60,525 bases of DNA from a virus. Its lineage: Duplodnaviria; Caudoviricetes. Each line of letters starts with the position of its first letter. Positions within the stretch are counted from its first letter, which is position 1. A program made the position numbers and the translations under genes. This document shows positions 19,521 to 27,775 of this stretch, one piece after another. The stretch covers positions 1 to 60,525 of the IMG/VR virus record IMGVR_UViG_3300045739_000092. One strand, written 5' to 3'. Below the pieces are notes generated by a model that did no database searches, had not been told where the DNA came from, and saw only the letters and a list, made by a program, of their open reading frames with translations.

Positions 19521-20273
19521 GTGGCTTGGCAGCTAAGCGGATACGACGCCATCGAGCCGTTCAAGGGACCATGGCGAGTGGGGGAATCCATCAAGGTTCT
19601 CGCCCTAGCCATCGACGCCCTTGCCCCGGATCGGAACAGGAGCTCCGATGGCACCAAGGGGAACGAGGCCCACCAGACGTACCGCTCCGACCACAACCCC
19701 TGGGTGAAGGACGGAACTACCGGGGTAGTAACGGCTATCGACATCACCCACGATCCTGACGGTGGTGCCGACATGGGGGCCATCACCGAGAGGGTCCGCC
19801 TGGCTCGCCACCCTGTGGTGAAATACGTAATCCACGCGTCGAAGATCTTCGCGTCGTACCACAGGGACCACCGACCGGCCTGGGAGTGGGGACCGTATAC
19901 AGGTTCGTCTCCTCACACACATCACGCTCACTTCTCTGTACTCTCAGACAACTTCGATGACACCACACCTTGGCCGCTGACCGAGGAGGAAGGCGACGAC
20001 ATGGCAACATTCGTGGATAGCATCACTGCCATCACGTGGCACCAGATGGGGCGGCTCTTTCCCGAAGACCCCAACTTCGGCTCCTACTACTCACCGGGAG
20101 GTGGGGTCGAGGCCGAAGCTGACCCAACGGCCTCGCGCGTCAACGCCTACAATGTCTGGATGCAGCGGTTGTCTGCGAGAGACAACACCCTTCCTCCTCA
20201 CTCCCATCCCCTCCCCGCTCACAACCATGTCCTCCCTGCCCATTCTCACAATGTCTCAGGAAAGGCAACCTAA
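19521..20273 (+). CDS. Endolysin, M15-like zinc peptidase
   Basis: SDH-x-AxD and HxHxS motifs; adjacent to holin. Confidence 0.75.
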   Translation: MAWQLSGYDAIEPFKGPWRVGESIKVLALAIDALAPDRNRSSDGTKGNEAHQTYRSDHNPWVKDGTTGVVTAIDITHDPDGGADMGAITERVRLARHPVVKYVIHASKIFASYHRDHRPAWEWGPYTGSSPHTHHAHFSVLSDNFDDTTPWPLTEEEGDDMATFVDSITAITWHQMGRLFPEDPNFGSYYSPGGGVEAEADPTASRVNAYNVWMQRLSARDNTLPPHSHPLPAHNHVLPAHSHNVSGKAT

Positions 20274-20579
20274 ATGGCTGATCTAGCGTTCCTGTCGGCG
20301 GTCGTGTATGCGATCGTCTATGCCCTGAAGGAGCAGTTCGGACTCCAAGGGCACTACACCCGCCTGGCGGCTATCGCTTTGGGCCTCCTCATCGCCTTCA
20401 CGGCGGAGGTTCGGATGCTGACCGAGTACTCGGTCCCCTACTGGGTGGACGCATTCTTCACCGGACTAGCGATCGGACTGGGCCTCCCCAGTGTGTTCCA
20501 CAAGGCCACCCAGGCTGTGTCGAGAGTTGGCGAGTTCGCCTCCGGATCCTTCATAGTCGGAGAAACCGAAACGGACTAG
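20274..20579 (+). CDS. Holin
   Basis: 101 aa, 2-3 TM segments, directly after endolysin. Confidence 0.7.
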   Translation: MADLAFLSAVVYAIVYALKEQFGLQGHYTRLAAIALGLLIAFTAEVRMLTEYSVPYWVDAFFTGLAIGLGLPSVFHKATQAVSRVGEFASGSFIVGETETD

Positions 20580-21517
20580 CTGACTACCACACCGTCGACG
20601 TTGGTCTTGATGGTGTGGATGGCACGAAGCATCGTCATATTGATCTGACGAGCGCGTCCGAGCATCCCGATACGGAGGAGCTCTTCAAGAGAGTAGCGGG
20701 GATAGTTGAGGCTGGACACTGAGGAGGGAACCTTGGTGGTTTCGTCCTTCGTGACTACCAACTTGTCGGAGAGTATGGCTGAGTAGAGAATGGCCCATCC
20801 CTGTTTGGAGATGGCTTCTGAGAAGTCCCTCTTCTCTATCTCTATTGACCTGGGGACCAGCTCTGACGGCCAGGAGAGGGGCTCGTAACCATCGAGGATC
20901 TTCTTGGCTAGAGCCATGTCTTCCCCGAGTTCAGAGTAGTCGCCCATACGGAGGTAATAGGCAGGGTGCTTCATGGGGAGAACGAGCCGACCTTCTCGGA
21001 AGACCGGTTTGCCCCTCACTGCCCCGATGTTGACCTCCGATTCGAGGACTCGCCGGGTAGCGACAGCGCCCATAGGGATGACCAACCAGGCACCAGAGAT
21101 GTCTAGTTGCTGCTCGAAGAAGGGACGACAGGCTCGGACCTCCTCGAGATTGGGATCCCGGTTCTTGGGGGGTCGGCAGCAAACCGTGTTCATGACGAAC
21201 ACTTCCTTGCGCTTGATCCCTACCTGCTTCAAGGTGTTGTCCAGTAACTTCCCCGACCTCCCTACGAACGGTATTCCCTTCATGTCCTCGTTGTACCCAG
21301 GTCCCTCCCCGATGATGGCGATGGGCCACGGGCCATGAATAGGACCTGACCATGGCACCGCTTGGGATCGAGACTCACTGAGAGGGCAGAGCTCGCATTC
21401 TTCAATGGCACGGCGGAGCTTGTTTCCTTTGAGCTCCCTCATGTAGTGCTTCCTCTTGTCGGGTGAGGGGGTGAGCTTGGCAGCCTTGAGAAGTTGAGCG
21501 TCACTCAGAAATGCCAT
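20576..21517 (-). CDS. udg: Family 4 uracil-DNA glycosylase with C-terminal extension
   Basis: CELC Fe-S ligands, GEGPG..ED..G.PFVGRSG, N..CCRPP, HPAY motifs. Confidence 0.9.
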   Translation of the reverse strand: MAFLSDAQLLKAAKLTPSPDKRKHYMRELKGNKLRRAIEECELCPLSESRSQAVPWSGPIHGPWPIAIIGEGPGYNEDMKGIPFVGRSGKLLDNTLKQVGIKRKEVFVMNTVCCRPPKNRDPNLEEVRACRPFFEQQLDISGAWLVIPMGAVATRRVLESEVNIGAVRGKPVFREGRLVLPMKHPAYYLRMGDYSELGEDMALAKKILDGYEPLSWPSELVPRSIEIEKRDFSEAISKQGWAILYSAILSDKLVVTKDETTKVPSSVSSLNYPRYSLEELLRIGMLGRARQINMTMLRAIHTIKTNVDGVVVS

Positions 21518-22074
21518 TGCGACCCATCTGGTTGGCAGACCCAATGCCCCCAGTTGGGAGCTGACCCGGCTCGAGGATGGCCCTGCGTCCATATCGACGC
21601 TGCTAGGGCGATGTTCTGCTCTGGATCGAAAGGGTCGAAACCCGATGTGTGCCAGAGGCCAACTATCTGGAACAATCCAGAAGCCCCGCTCGGGTTGTAG
21701 GCGTTGGGATCGCCTCGGCTCTCACACCACAGGACGTTGAGAGCTCCATCTACTGCCCATGCGGGGAAGTACTGCGAGACCAGATCCCGCCAGGCTTCGG
21801 CCCCGCCGGCAGGTGGTGAAGTGTTCCGAATAGGTGTCTGTTTCACGTCACGCGAAACAGCAGGGGGAGACGGAACGAAGTAGGGGCCGTTGAGCTCCTC
21901 GAGAGCCTGCCGCTCCTTCAACCTGTCATAGTGTTCGAGCCGTGCCTCGAGACGCTCGGTTGTCAAGACCCCTTCGTCGGGCTCGGTCTCATAGTAGGAG
22001 AAGGCACTCTCAGCCGGCCGGCACATGACCAACACCAGAACGAGAGCGAAGAACCAGACGAACAAGAGCCTCAT
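21505..22074 (-). CDS. Secreted/membrane-anchored lytic transglycosylase (SLT family)
   Basis: Signal/TM N-terminus; ESRGDPNAYNPSGASGLFQ catalytic motif. Confidence 0.85.
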   Translation of the reverse strand: MRLLFVWFFALVLVLVMCRPAESAFSYYETEPDEGVLTTERLEARLEHYDRLKERQALEELNGPYFVPSPPAVSRDVKQTPIRNTSPPAGGAEAWRDLVSQYFPAWAVDGALNVLWCESRGDPNAYNPSGASGLFQIVGLWHTSGFDPFDPEQNIALAASIWTQGHPRAGSAPNWGHWVCQPDGSQWHF

Positions 22075-22154
22075 CTGGTGAGCAGCCAGACCAGACCAAC
22101 AGCGCAACCGATGAACCACGCGTAGATGAGAATGGTTTGGTGTAGGGGCTCCAC
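22071..22154 (-). CDS. 27 aa membrane micro-protein
   Basis: GGAGG RBS, MEPLHQTILIYAWFIGCAVGLVWLLTR, ATGA overlap with SLT. Confidence 0.5.
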   Translation of the reverse strand: MEPLHQTILIYAWFIGCAVGLVWLLTR

Positions 22155-22197
22155 GGATACCTCCGTGAGTGGAGAGAACCCCAGTTTAGGAGGGGAG

Positions 22198-22380
22198 TCA
22201 TCGGCCAAGAGCGTTTGCTGCTCGCATCCCAAGTTCCCAAGACATTAGAAAGTCAGCCACGACTACAACGACCACCTTCCCGTAGCGTTGGTTGTCGACC
22301 CATGTGAGGGAGTAGTCCTCTCCCTTATAGGTCCCAGACGAGTACCACAGTCGATAGTTATCTGATTCTGCCTTTGGCAT
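22198..22380 (-). CDS. Hypothetical protein
   Basis: Overlaps upstream stop; fills operon. Confidence 0.45.
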   Translation of the reverse strand: MPKAESDNYRLWYSSGTYKGEDYSLTWVDNQRYGKVVVVVVADFLMSWELGMRAANALGR

Positions 22381-22837
22381 GAAGTTCTCTGACATAGGAG
22401 AAGTAGGTTCTTCCTGGCACAAGATCGAACTGAGGAAGGATCTCAGCAGTAGAGCTCACTCCGGTCTTGGTCTCGAAATCGGTTGGGGTATCGCAGTCCA
22501 GTACGTTCCAGATCCCTTCTACCCCATCATCCAAACAGGCGCCACCGCCTAGGTCTACAGCCCCTTCCTCCAACACTGGAACCTGGCAGTTGGTACACCA
22601 CTGAGGAGCCACGGGTGTCTGGTCGGCAGCAGGAGCTTCGCCCCACCCTGGAGGCAGGCTCAACAGGGTGTGGTGCTCGCTGCCCTCAACATTCCCGGTC
22701 ATGAGCGGGATCGGGCCGAACGCCGCCAGAAGGCACACAAGGGCTAGCCAGAGTCGATCCCGGTACACAACGAACGTCGCCGCCAGCGCACACCACACCA
22801 GGGTCCACAGCAGTCCGACGACGATGAGGATGGTCAT
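22358..22837 (-). CDS. Two-TM membrane protein with Cys-containing C-terminal domain
   Basis: AAGGAG RBS; two hydrophobic helices. Confidence 0.6.
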   Translation of the reverse strand: MTILIVVGLLWTLVWCALAATFVVYRDRLWLALVCLLAAFGPIPLMTGNVEGSEHHTLLSLPPGWGEAPAADQTPVAPQWCTNCQVPVLEEGAVDLGGGACLDDGVEGIWNVLDCDTPTDFETKTGVSSTAEILPQFDLVPGRTYFSYVRELHAKGRIR

Positions 22838-22968
22838 TGAGAACACTCCTTCGTGTGTCCTGTTACCCCCCCACATTCGTCGCACTCTCCCCTCGTGCCT
22901 ACATGGACAAGTGCCCAGGCGAAGATGAGCCCACCTAGCCACGCTCCGATGATGGTGGGTATCGTCAT
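22834..22968 (-). CDS. 44 aa membrane micro-protein with CxxC..H..C
   Basis: Starts in last junction repeat; MTIPTIIGAWLGGLIFAWALVHVGTRGECDECGGVTGHTKECSQ. Confidence 0.55.
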   Translation of the reverse strand: MTIPTIIGAWLGGLIFAWALVHVGTRGECDECGGVTGHTKECSQ

Positions 22969-23171
22969 TTCTCGCTCCCTTCGATGATGCCCAGTCGCTC
23001 GCGCAGGTCATGGGGAAGACCCTGGTCGTCCTCGGCCCACGCCAAGACCTCCACCCAGTCAGCCCACGGCAGCACAGCGTAGATGCCAGAACCGCCCTCT
23101 ATCTCTAGCACGTAATGCTCCTGCCCTTCGCTGATGCCGTCCAGTATCGCCTCGACCTTCTTGACGCTCAT
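22965..23171 (-). CDS. Array micro-protein ending IIEGSEK
   Basis: Start and stop both within junction repeats. Confidence 0.75.
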   Translation of the reverse strand: MSVKKVEAILDGISEGQEHYVLEIEGGSGIYAVLPWADWVEVLAWAEDDQGLPHDLRERLGIIEGSEK

Positions 23172-23395
23172 TCCTCGCTCCCTTCGATGATGCGGTAGTT
23201 CGACCGACGCAGCGACCGCAGCCGCCGTTGAGCCTTCCACTCAGCCCGGCGACGACTTCGGTACAGAATGGGAGACCCGGTGTGGCTCCATGTCTTCCAC
23301 GAATCGCCCCCAGCGGACCAGCGGACCAGCGGGGCGTCCGCTACAGGTTGCCACCTCACGTGGCCCTCGTCGTTCACCCACTTCCTGACACTCAC
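23168..23395 (-). CDS. Array micro-protein ending IIEGSEE
   Basis: Start and stop both within junction repeats. Confidence 0.75.
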   Translation of the reverse strand: MSVRKWVNDEGHVRWQPVADAPLVRWSAGGDSWKTWSHTGSPILYRSRRRAEWKAQRRLRSLRRSNYRIIEGSEE

Positions 23396-23652
23396 TCCTC
23401 GCTCCCTTCGATGATGGCGATGACCTCCTCCACTTGACTGTTGCTCAGCCCACCCGGAACATTCCCTGCTCTGAGTGTCTCCACCGCCTTCTTGATGCGG
23501 TTGCGCTCCGCCTCTCGTACATCGCCCACCAAGTTCTGATTGTGTCCCTCCGGCACGATGTAGTAGGTGCCGGGGGGTACGTCTACCTCGATGCGATATC
23601 CGGTTTCTGATAGGCCAAACAGTGTCGCCTTGACCTTCCTCACCTCACTCAT
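23392..23652 (-). CDS. Array micro-protein with ERNRIKKAVE module, ending IIEGSEE
   Basis: Start and stop both within junction repeats. Confidence 0.75.
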   Translation of the reverse strand: MSEVRKVKATLFGLSETGYRIEVDVPPGTYYIVPEGHNQNLVGDVREAERNRIKKAVETLRAGNVPGGLSNSQVEEVIAIIEGSEE

Positions 23653-23887
23653 CCCTCGCTCCCTTCGATGATGGCGAAGTCCTCGTTCCCTTCGGGGGGA
23701 AGTGCCGCCAGCACACATCTTTGGAGGGTCCATCTGTGACGCGACCTGACTTCTCGTAGCGCCATCCGTGTATCCTCGCCCGCCGCCGAGCCTGGGGAAC
23801 GTCGTTGGCCCCCGGCACGCGCCTGCTTTGGCCGCACACATCGCAGATGAGGGTGATGCGAACGTACGTCGTCTTCTGGTAGCTCAC
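23645..23887 (-). CDS. Array micro-protein, CxxC...C..H zinc-binding type; repeat read out of frame (SSKGARDE)
   Basis: GTG start in repeat; CDVC and DVCWRH motifs. Confidence 0.7.
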   Translation of the reverse strand: MSYQKTTYVRITLICDVCGQSRRVPGANDVPQARRRARIHGWRYEKSGRVTDGPSKDVCWRHFPPKGTRTSPSSKGARDE

Positions 23888-24090
23888 TCCTCGCTCCCTT
23901 CAATGAGTACAGCGAGGGCCGCATACGAGGTATCAGACCCCAGGTGGACAAGTGGCCGGGGGTCAGGCTGACTACCTGAAACGCCACGGTCGGGCTTGCC
24001 CGCACCGCCGCCGTCCCCCCCGCCCGCCATTGGGCGGGGCAGATAGTCCAAGGCTTGTCCCATTCGCTCTACGGCCCTCGCTCTACTCAC
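23884..24090 (-). CDS. Array micro-protein ending LIEGSEE
   Basis: GTGA overlap start, stop in repeat. Confidence 0.65.
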   Translation of the reverse strand: MSRARAVERMGQALDYLPRPMAGGGDGGGAGKPDRGVSGSQPDPRPLVHLGSDTSYAALAVLIEGSEE

Positions 24091-24275
24091 TTCTCTTCTC
24101 GCAACCAGCTTCGTACCACGTTGAACGGTTCCCCGACGATCTTGGCGATGTCTGCGATCTTCATACCGTGTTCATAACGTAGATGCTTCGCCAGGGGGGG
24201 CTTCCAGTAGCCGCCATCATGGGGGTTGCCACTCATGTTGGCCCACGGTGTTCCTGTGTATCCGTCAGGACTCAT
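24087..24275 (-). CDS. Small HTH protein within array
   Basis: GMKIADIAKIVGEPFNVVRSWL helix-turn-helix; start in repeat. Confidence 0.7.
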   Translation of the reverse strand: MSPDGYTGTPWANMSGNPHDGGYWKPPLAKHLRYEHGMKIADIAKIVGEPFNVVRSWLREEK

Positions 24276-24537
24276 CCTCGCTCCCTTCGCTCGGCCATCC
24301 ATTGATGATGGCGAGGGCGTCACCAAGGGCGCAGTCACGGCAATCACACCCTGCTGCTCCCACGGGGGACTGCCGATACTCCTCCACCGCCTTCTTGATC
24401 CGCTGGCGCTCGTCGGCGCGGCCCTTGTCGTAGGCCGCTTGGTACGGGTTCACTCCTCGCCGGGGCCTCCGGGACTTTCCTTCTGCTAGTCCGTCATCGA
24501 ATCCCCGCTGGTAGTCGGCGTTCGCTGCTGTCCTCAT
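24265..24537 (-). CDS. Array micro-protein with ERQRIKKAVE module and CxCxxC, ending AIINGWPSEGSEDES
   Basis: Start in repeat; interrupted repeat at end. Confidence 0.7.
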   Translation of the reverse strand: MRTAANADYQRGFDDGLAEGKSRRPRRGVNPYQAAYDKGRADERQRIKKAVEEYRQSPVGAAGCDCRDCALGDALAIINGWPSEGSEDES

Positions 24538-24773
24538 TCCTCGCTCCCTTCGATGGCGGCTGGCATCGTTCCCCGAACCAAGGCAGCGAACATAGGCATT
24601 CGACGCATCGCCTCCGATATCGGGACATACTCCCACTCCGTTCCGAACGGCCCTGCGCCCGTGGGTAGAACCTCGACTAGGGAGTGGCATGACAGCGACT
24701 CGCCGCAACTCTCGCAGTGGTCGAGAGATTGTCCCATCCACGAGAAGCCATGAACACTTCGATTCCTACTCAC
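24534..24773 (-). CDS. Array micro-protein with CxxC..H, ending AIEGSEE
   Basis: Start and stop within repeats. Confidence 0.7.
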   Translation of the reverse strand: MSRNRSVHGFSWMGQSLDHCESCGESLSCHSLVEVLPTGAGPFGTEWEYVPISEAMRRMPMFAALVRGTMPAAIEGSEE

Positions 24774-24973
24774 TCCTCGCTCCCTTCGATGGCGACCAGA
24801 GCCACCGGCCCAGCGTCGTGTTCCTCACCGAAAGGGCAGAAGAGGGCTTGCCGCTTGTGGCGGTAGCACCACCACGTCGTCGGGGCGGCGCTGCGAATGC
24901 GCTCCCGCTCGTCCCGCCGGGCCTCGGCCACCTTGCGGGCGACGTACTCCCAGTTGTACCACCTCCGAATCAC
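24770..24973 (-). CDS. Array micro-protein with EYVARK..ERERIR module, ending AIEGSEE
   Basis: Start and stop within repeats. Confidence 0.75.
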   Translation of the reverse strand: MIRRWYNWEYVARKVAEARRDERERIRSAAPTTWWCYRHKRQALFCPFGEEHDAGPVALVAIEGSEE

Positions 24974-25188
24974 TCCTCGCTCCCTTCGATGATGGCGATG
25001 ACTTGACCGTAGGCCACCATCGCACCGAACGCCTGCGCCTTATGGGGCTTGTCGATGGCAGCGTGGCGATGTTCCCACACCGCATCGGCCTCGGCCTGCT
25101 CCACCGCCTTCCTGATCCGCTGGCGTTCGGCCTTCCTGGCCTCGGCCATCTTGCGAGCGACGTACTCCTCGTCGTGCCTACCCATCAC
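24970..25188 (-). CDS. First array micro-protein with EYVARK..ERQRIRKAVE module, ending IIEGSEE
   Basis: Stop in repeat; shares DNA similarity with next gene. Confidence 0.75.
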   Translation of the reverse strand: MMGRHDEEYVARKMAEARKAERQRIRKAVEQAEADAVWEHRHAAIDKPHKAQAFGAMVAYGQVIAIIEGSEE

Positions 25189-25693
25189 ATGGCCTCAGAG
25201 CATCAGCCGACTGGTTGAGCATGAAGTTCCCCTCCGTCAAGAGGAGGACAGCTTCATCCAAGAGGTCCGCGTCCACCGCCAACATTCCTTCACCTGCCGT
25301 TCGGTACCCATCAGCGAACAGGACATACGCATGATGGAATAGCTCCATAGCCTCTCTCCACTCTGATGGCGGAGTCCCGAGAGCACGAACATCATCGTTG
25401 ATGGATCGGAACTCATCAGCTAGCTCCAACAGTTCAAGACCCCCATCAGTCCAGTCCATCCTGCCGTCCATGACAGCCGTGGTGACATAAACCCCAAAGT
25501 CGATCATGCCATCTACCGGGTCGGTGATGAGCACGACCCGACTGGCGTAGTCCTCACAGTCTGTGGACTTGGAGATCCCTACAACATTGGGGCTGTAGTC
25601 CTTTACGGTCGCATCCGTAGCACATGCGCCCAGCATCAGAGCCAAGAGCAACATCATTGCTGTTCGTTTCACCCGTTTCGCCCTTTCACCCAT
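25178..25693 (-). CDS. Putative lipoprotein
   Basis: Basic N-terminus, hydrophobic stretch, lipobox LGAC. Confidence 0.7.
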   Translation of the reverse strand: MGERAKRVKRTAMMLLLALMLGACATDATVKDYSPNVVGISKSTDCEDYASRVVLITDPVDGMIDFGVYVTTAVMDGRMDWTDGGLELLELADEFRSINDDVRALGTPPSEWREAMELFHHAYVLFADGYRTAGEGMLAVDADLLDEAVLLLTEGNFMLNQSADALRPCDG

Positions 25694-25787
25694 CGTTCAT
25701 ATCCCTTCCTGCCCAGGCCCACATGCGGACCAGCCAGTAGAGGCTGGCGATGGTGCCCCCAGCGATGAACGCCAGAAGCTCACTCAC
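25686..25787 (-). CDS. 33 aa membrane micro-protein
   Basis: MSELLAFIAGGTIASLYWLVRMWAWAGRDMNDG; overlaps neighbours. Confidence 0.45.
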   Translation of the reverse strand: MSELLAFIAGGTIASLYWLVRMWAWAGRDMNDG

Positions 25788-26022
25788 TCTCCGGCTCCTC
25801 CTCGCCGGTCAGCATCCTCTTGTAGCCTTCCACAACCTGACCAATGGCCGAGGCGACCGCCTTACGGTCCATCCACATCACCCAGGTCATCAGCAGGATG
25901 GTCGCCAGGACCGCCGCGCCCACGATGATCATGCTTTCCATGAAGCTGAGCCGCACGGCATCGAGCGCTGCCTCTAGATCGGTGTCGGTCAGCCTCACCA
26001 CGGTCGGTGTCGTCTGGTACAT
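25780..26022 (-). CDS. Single-TM protein
   Basis: AAGGAG RBS; central hydrophobic helix. Confidence 0.6.
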   Translation of the reverse strand: MYQTTPTVVRLTDTDLEAALDAVRLSFMESMIIVGAAVLATILLMTWVMWMDRKAVASAIGQVVEGYKRMLTGEEEPESE

Positions 26023-26085
26023 GTGTGCTCCTTTCGCAATAACACAGAGTGATGAGTCCGCACTTGACGCACCACCCTCCTCCAG

Positions 26086-26745
26086 TCACTTCCTCTTCAG
26101 AGCTTGTATCAGCTTCTGAGCTCTACCCTTCCCGACTCCCTTCACTCCCTGAAGATCAGTCTCCCCTACCGACCACTCCAGGGGTGCCCCCCCGAAGTGG
26201 TCGTAGATGGCGCCAGCAACTTCCGGCCCGATCCCCTCGAACGATTGCAGTAGGTGGATCCCCCAATCCCTGTTGGTGACCTTTCCCCATGGACTAGTAG
26301 GTCCTGGGCGTCGGAGCAGCGATGTGTGTTTCGTCTTCTTCGACCACCGCTGGATAGACAAGATGGCGGCTACGGTCTCGTCTAGGTTCCTCACCCTCAT
26401 GGTGGGTACGTTGAACTCGAGGGCCATCGTCATCAGAAGGGGGTAGAACTGGTCACGATGGAACTGCCGGCGATCATCCATCAGATGCCCATCCACCGTC
26501 CATTGACCGAACCCCTCGATTATCAGAACCACATGATCGAGAGCCGCCATCTGGTGGAGCTCCTTCGAGAGCCTGTTGTCATAGACCGACGAGAGGAAAT
26601 CAGCGGGGAACTGCTTGCGCTGGATTCCGAACTTCCGGCGCTTAGCTGCCCAGAAGATGTCAACCCCATAACGCTCAGGCGTAGAAGACGTCTTGCCGAG
26701 AGCCTTGATTTCATCCGGCTCAGTCGGTGATATCAAGAGACTCAT
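26086..26745 (-). CDS. ERCC4/XPF-type nuclease with HhH motifs
   Basis: VD...IQRK...DFLSS..D.RL, LIIEG, GIGP and GVGKG HhH. Confidence 0.85.
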   Translation of the reverse strand: MSLLISPTEPDEIKALGKTSSTPERYGVDIFWAAKRRKFGIQRKQFPADFLSSVYDNRLSKELHQMAALDHVVLIIEGFGQWTVDGHLMDDRRQFHRDQFYPLLMTMALEFNVPTMRVRNLDETVAAILSIQRWSKKTKHTSLLRRPGPTSPWGKVTNRDWGIHLLQSFEGIGPEVAGAIYDHFGGAPLEWSVGETDLQGVKGVGKGRAQKLIQALKRK

Positions 26746-26954
26746 CCTTCTAGTGGAGGAGCAGCAGAGAACCAGGCCTTGGCGTCGTGATCCCTATCAC
26801 GCTGAGGGTCGAGATGAATCCACCCCACTCTGAAGTCTGCCATCGAGAACCCGTCGTAGCGTCGGCTCCTTTTCGGGAGTTCCTCAAGAGGGATCCACTT
26901 GATGAGCTGATTACAGACCATGCAGGGCTTCGTCGTGGTTTCGGGAGTCGTCAC
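26742..26954 (-). CDS. Hypothetical CxxC protein
   Basis: Coupled overlaps both sides. Confidence 0.55.
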   Translation of the reverse strand: MTTPETTTKPCMVCNQLIKWIPLEELPKRSRRYDGFSMADFRVGWIHLDPQRDRDHDAKAWFSAAPPLEG

Positions 26955-27775
26955 TCTTCCTCCTCTTCATCTCCCGCCCGCCCTACTTTCCATCCAGCTA
27001 TCTTCAGTAGGTACTCCTTGGCAAAGCTCTTGCCAGAGAGATCCCTGTTGGTGACAACTTCCCGTTCTCGATCCTTGACGGTGGTGAAGGCCCACTCATC
27101 CTCCCCCTTAGACCTCATGTGGAGGATGGTGTGGGGGTAATGGGCAGTTCTCTTCTCGCCTTCTGGCTTGAACCCAATGGAGTCGAAGACCTCGATGATC
27201 TCCTTCTTGTCGGCCCAGGCACCGGAGCGGCTGAGAGGTTTCTGGCCTGTGGTGATGAGGACGTGAGCCTTGTTCCGCAAGAGAACTTGCTCGGCGAACC
27301 TCTTGTAGAGGGGCTTGATGACTCCCCAATCGGATGCCCCCTCGAACCCCTCATCGCTCTTCTTTGACTTCGATGCCTTCGCCGCTGCAGCCTTCCTTTC
27401 CAGGAAGTAATCGGCCATGTCCTTGCCGTAGGTCTCTTGGCTGAAGTAGTTCTGGGCTTCTTCCCAAGCATTCGAGAAGAGGTCACAGATGATCCAGTCT
27501 CCCCTAGCCGCCTGCGGCCTGATTTCGGCAATGGCCTCCATGTACTCATCGAAGCTGTCGACCTCCCAAACTTCTAGGTTGTCGAGCTTCCCGAAGCTCT
27601 TCGATTGCAGCATCCGATCGACGGCGTAGTCGGTGTCGATGACGTACATCTTGGACGAGCTTCTCGTCTTCTGTAGCAACTTGGCTACCGACAACCAGGC
27701 TCGGGTCTTGCCGGCTCCTGGGCCACCCATGAGCAAGATCCGTTCACGTGCTTTCCCCGGGGGGTGTATCGGCAT
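26951..27775 (-). CDS. RecA-fold P-loop ATPase (Sak4/AAA_24-like)
   Basis: GGPGAGKT Walker A, VIDTD, WIICD; located between exonuclease and nuclease. Confidence 0.8.
   Translation of the reverse strand: MPIHPPGKARERILLMGGPGAGKTRAWLSVAKLLQKTRSSSKMYVIDTDYAVDRMLQSKSFGKLDNLEVWEVDSFDEYMEAIAEIRPQAARGDWIICDLFSNAWEEAQNYFSQETYGKDMADYFLERKAAAAKASKSKKSDEGFEGASDWGVIKPLYKRFAEQVLLRNKAHVLITTGQKPLSRSGAWADKKEIIEVFDSIGFKPEGEKRTAHYPHTILHMRSKGEDEWAFTTVKDREREVVTNRDLSGKSFAKEYLLKIAGWKVGRAGDEEEEE

Larger units (their letters stand above)
22965..24995 (-). repeat. Nine dispersed gene-junction repeats, consensus ATCATCGAAGGGAGCGAGGA(G/A)TGAG
   Basis: Copies beginning near 22965, 23168, 23392, 23649, 23884, 24272, 24534, 24770, 24970; core GAAGGGAGCGAG invariant; degenerate copy at 23681-23694. 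Confidence 0.95.

Noticed and set aside
23649-24005. 118 aa ORF ending IIEGSEG
   Set aside because: No start at a junction repeat; the overlapping 23645-23887 ORF has the repeat-embedded start and a coherent Zn motif, though a past frameshift near the degenerate copy at 23681 is possible.
22965-24995. CRISPR array or integron
   Set aside because: Spacers are 200-390 bp coding genes; the repeat is not palindromic and lacks attC GTT/AAC ends; no cas1/cas2 or tyrosine integrase. The Cas4-like gene is a common phage exonuclease.
22965-25188. IIEGSEE as a Pup/ubiquitin-like conjugation tag linked to the JAB protease
   Set aside because: Lacks the GG(E/Q) or GG terminus, varies at the last residue and is retained out of frame; no ligase seen.
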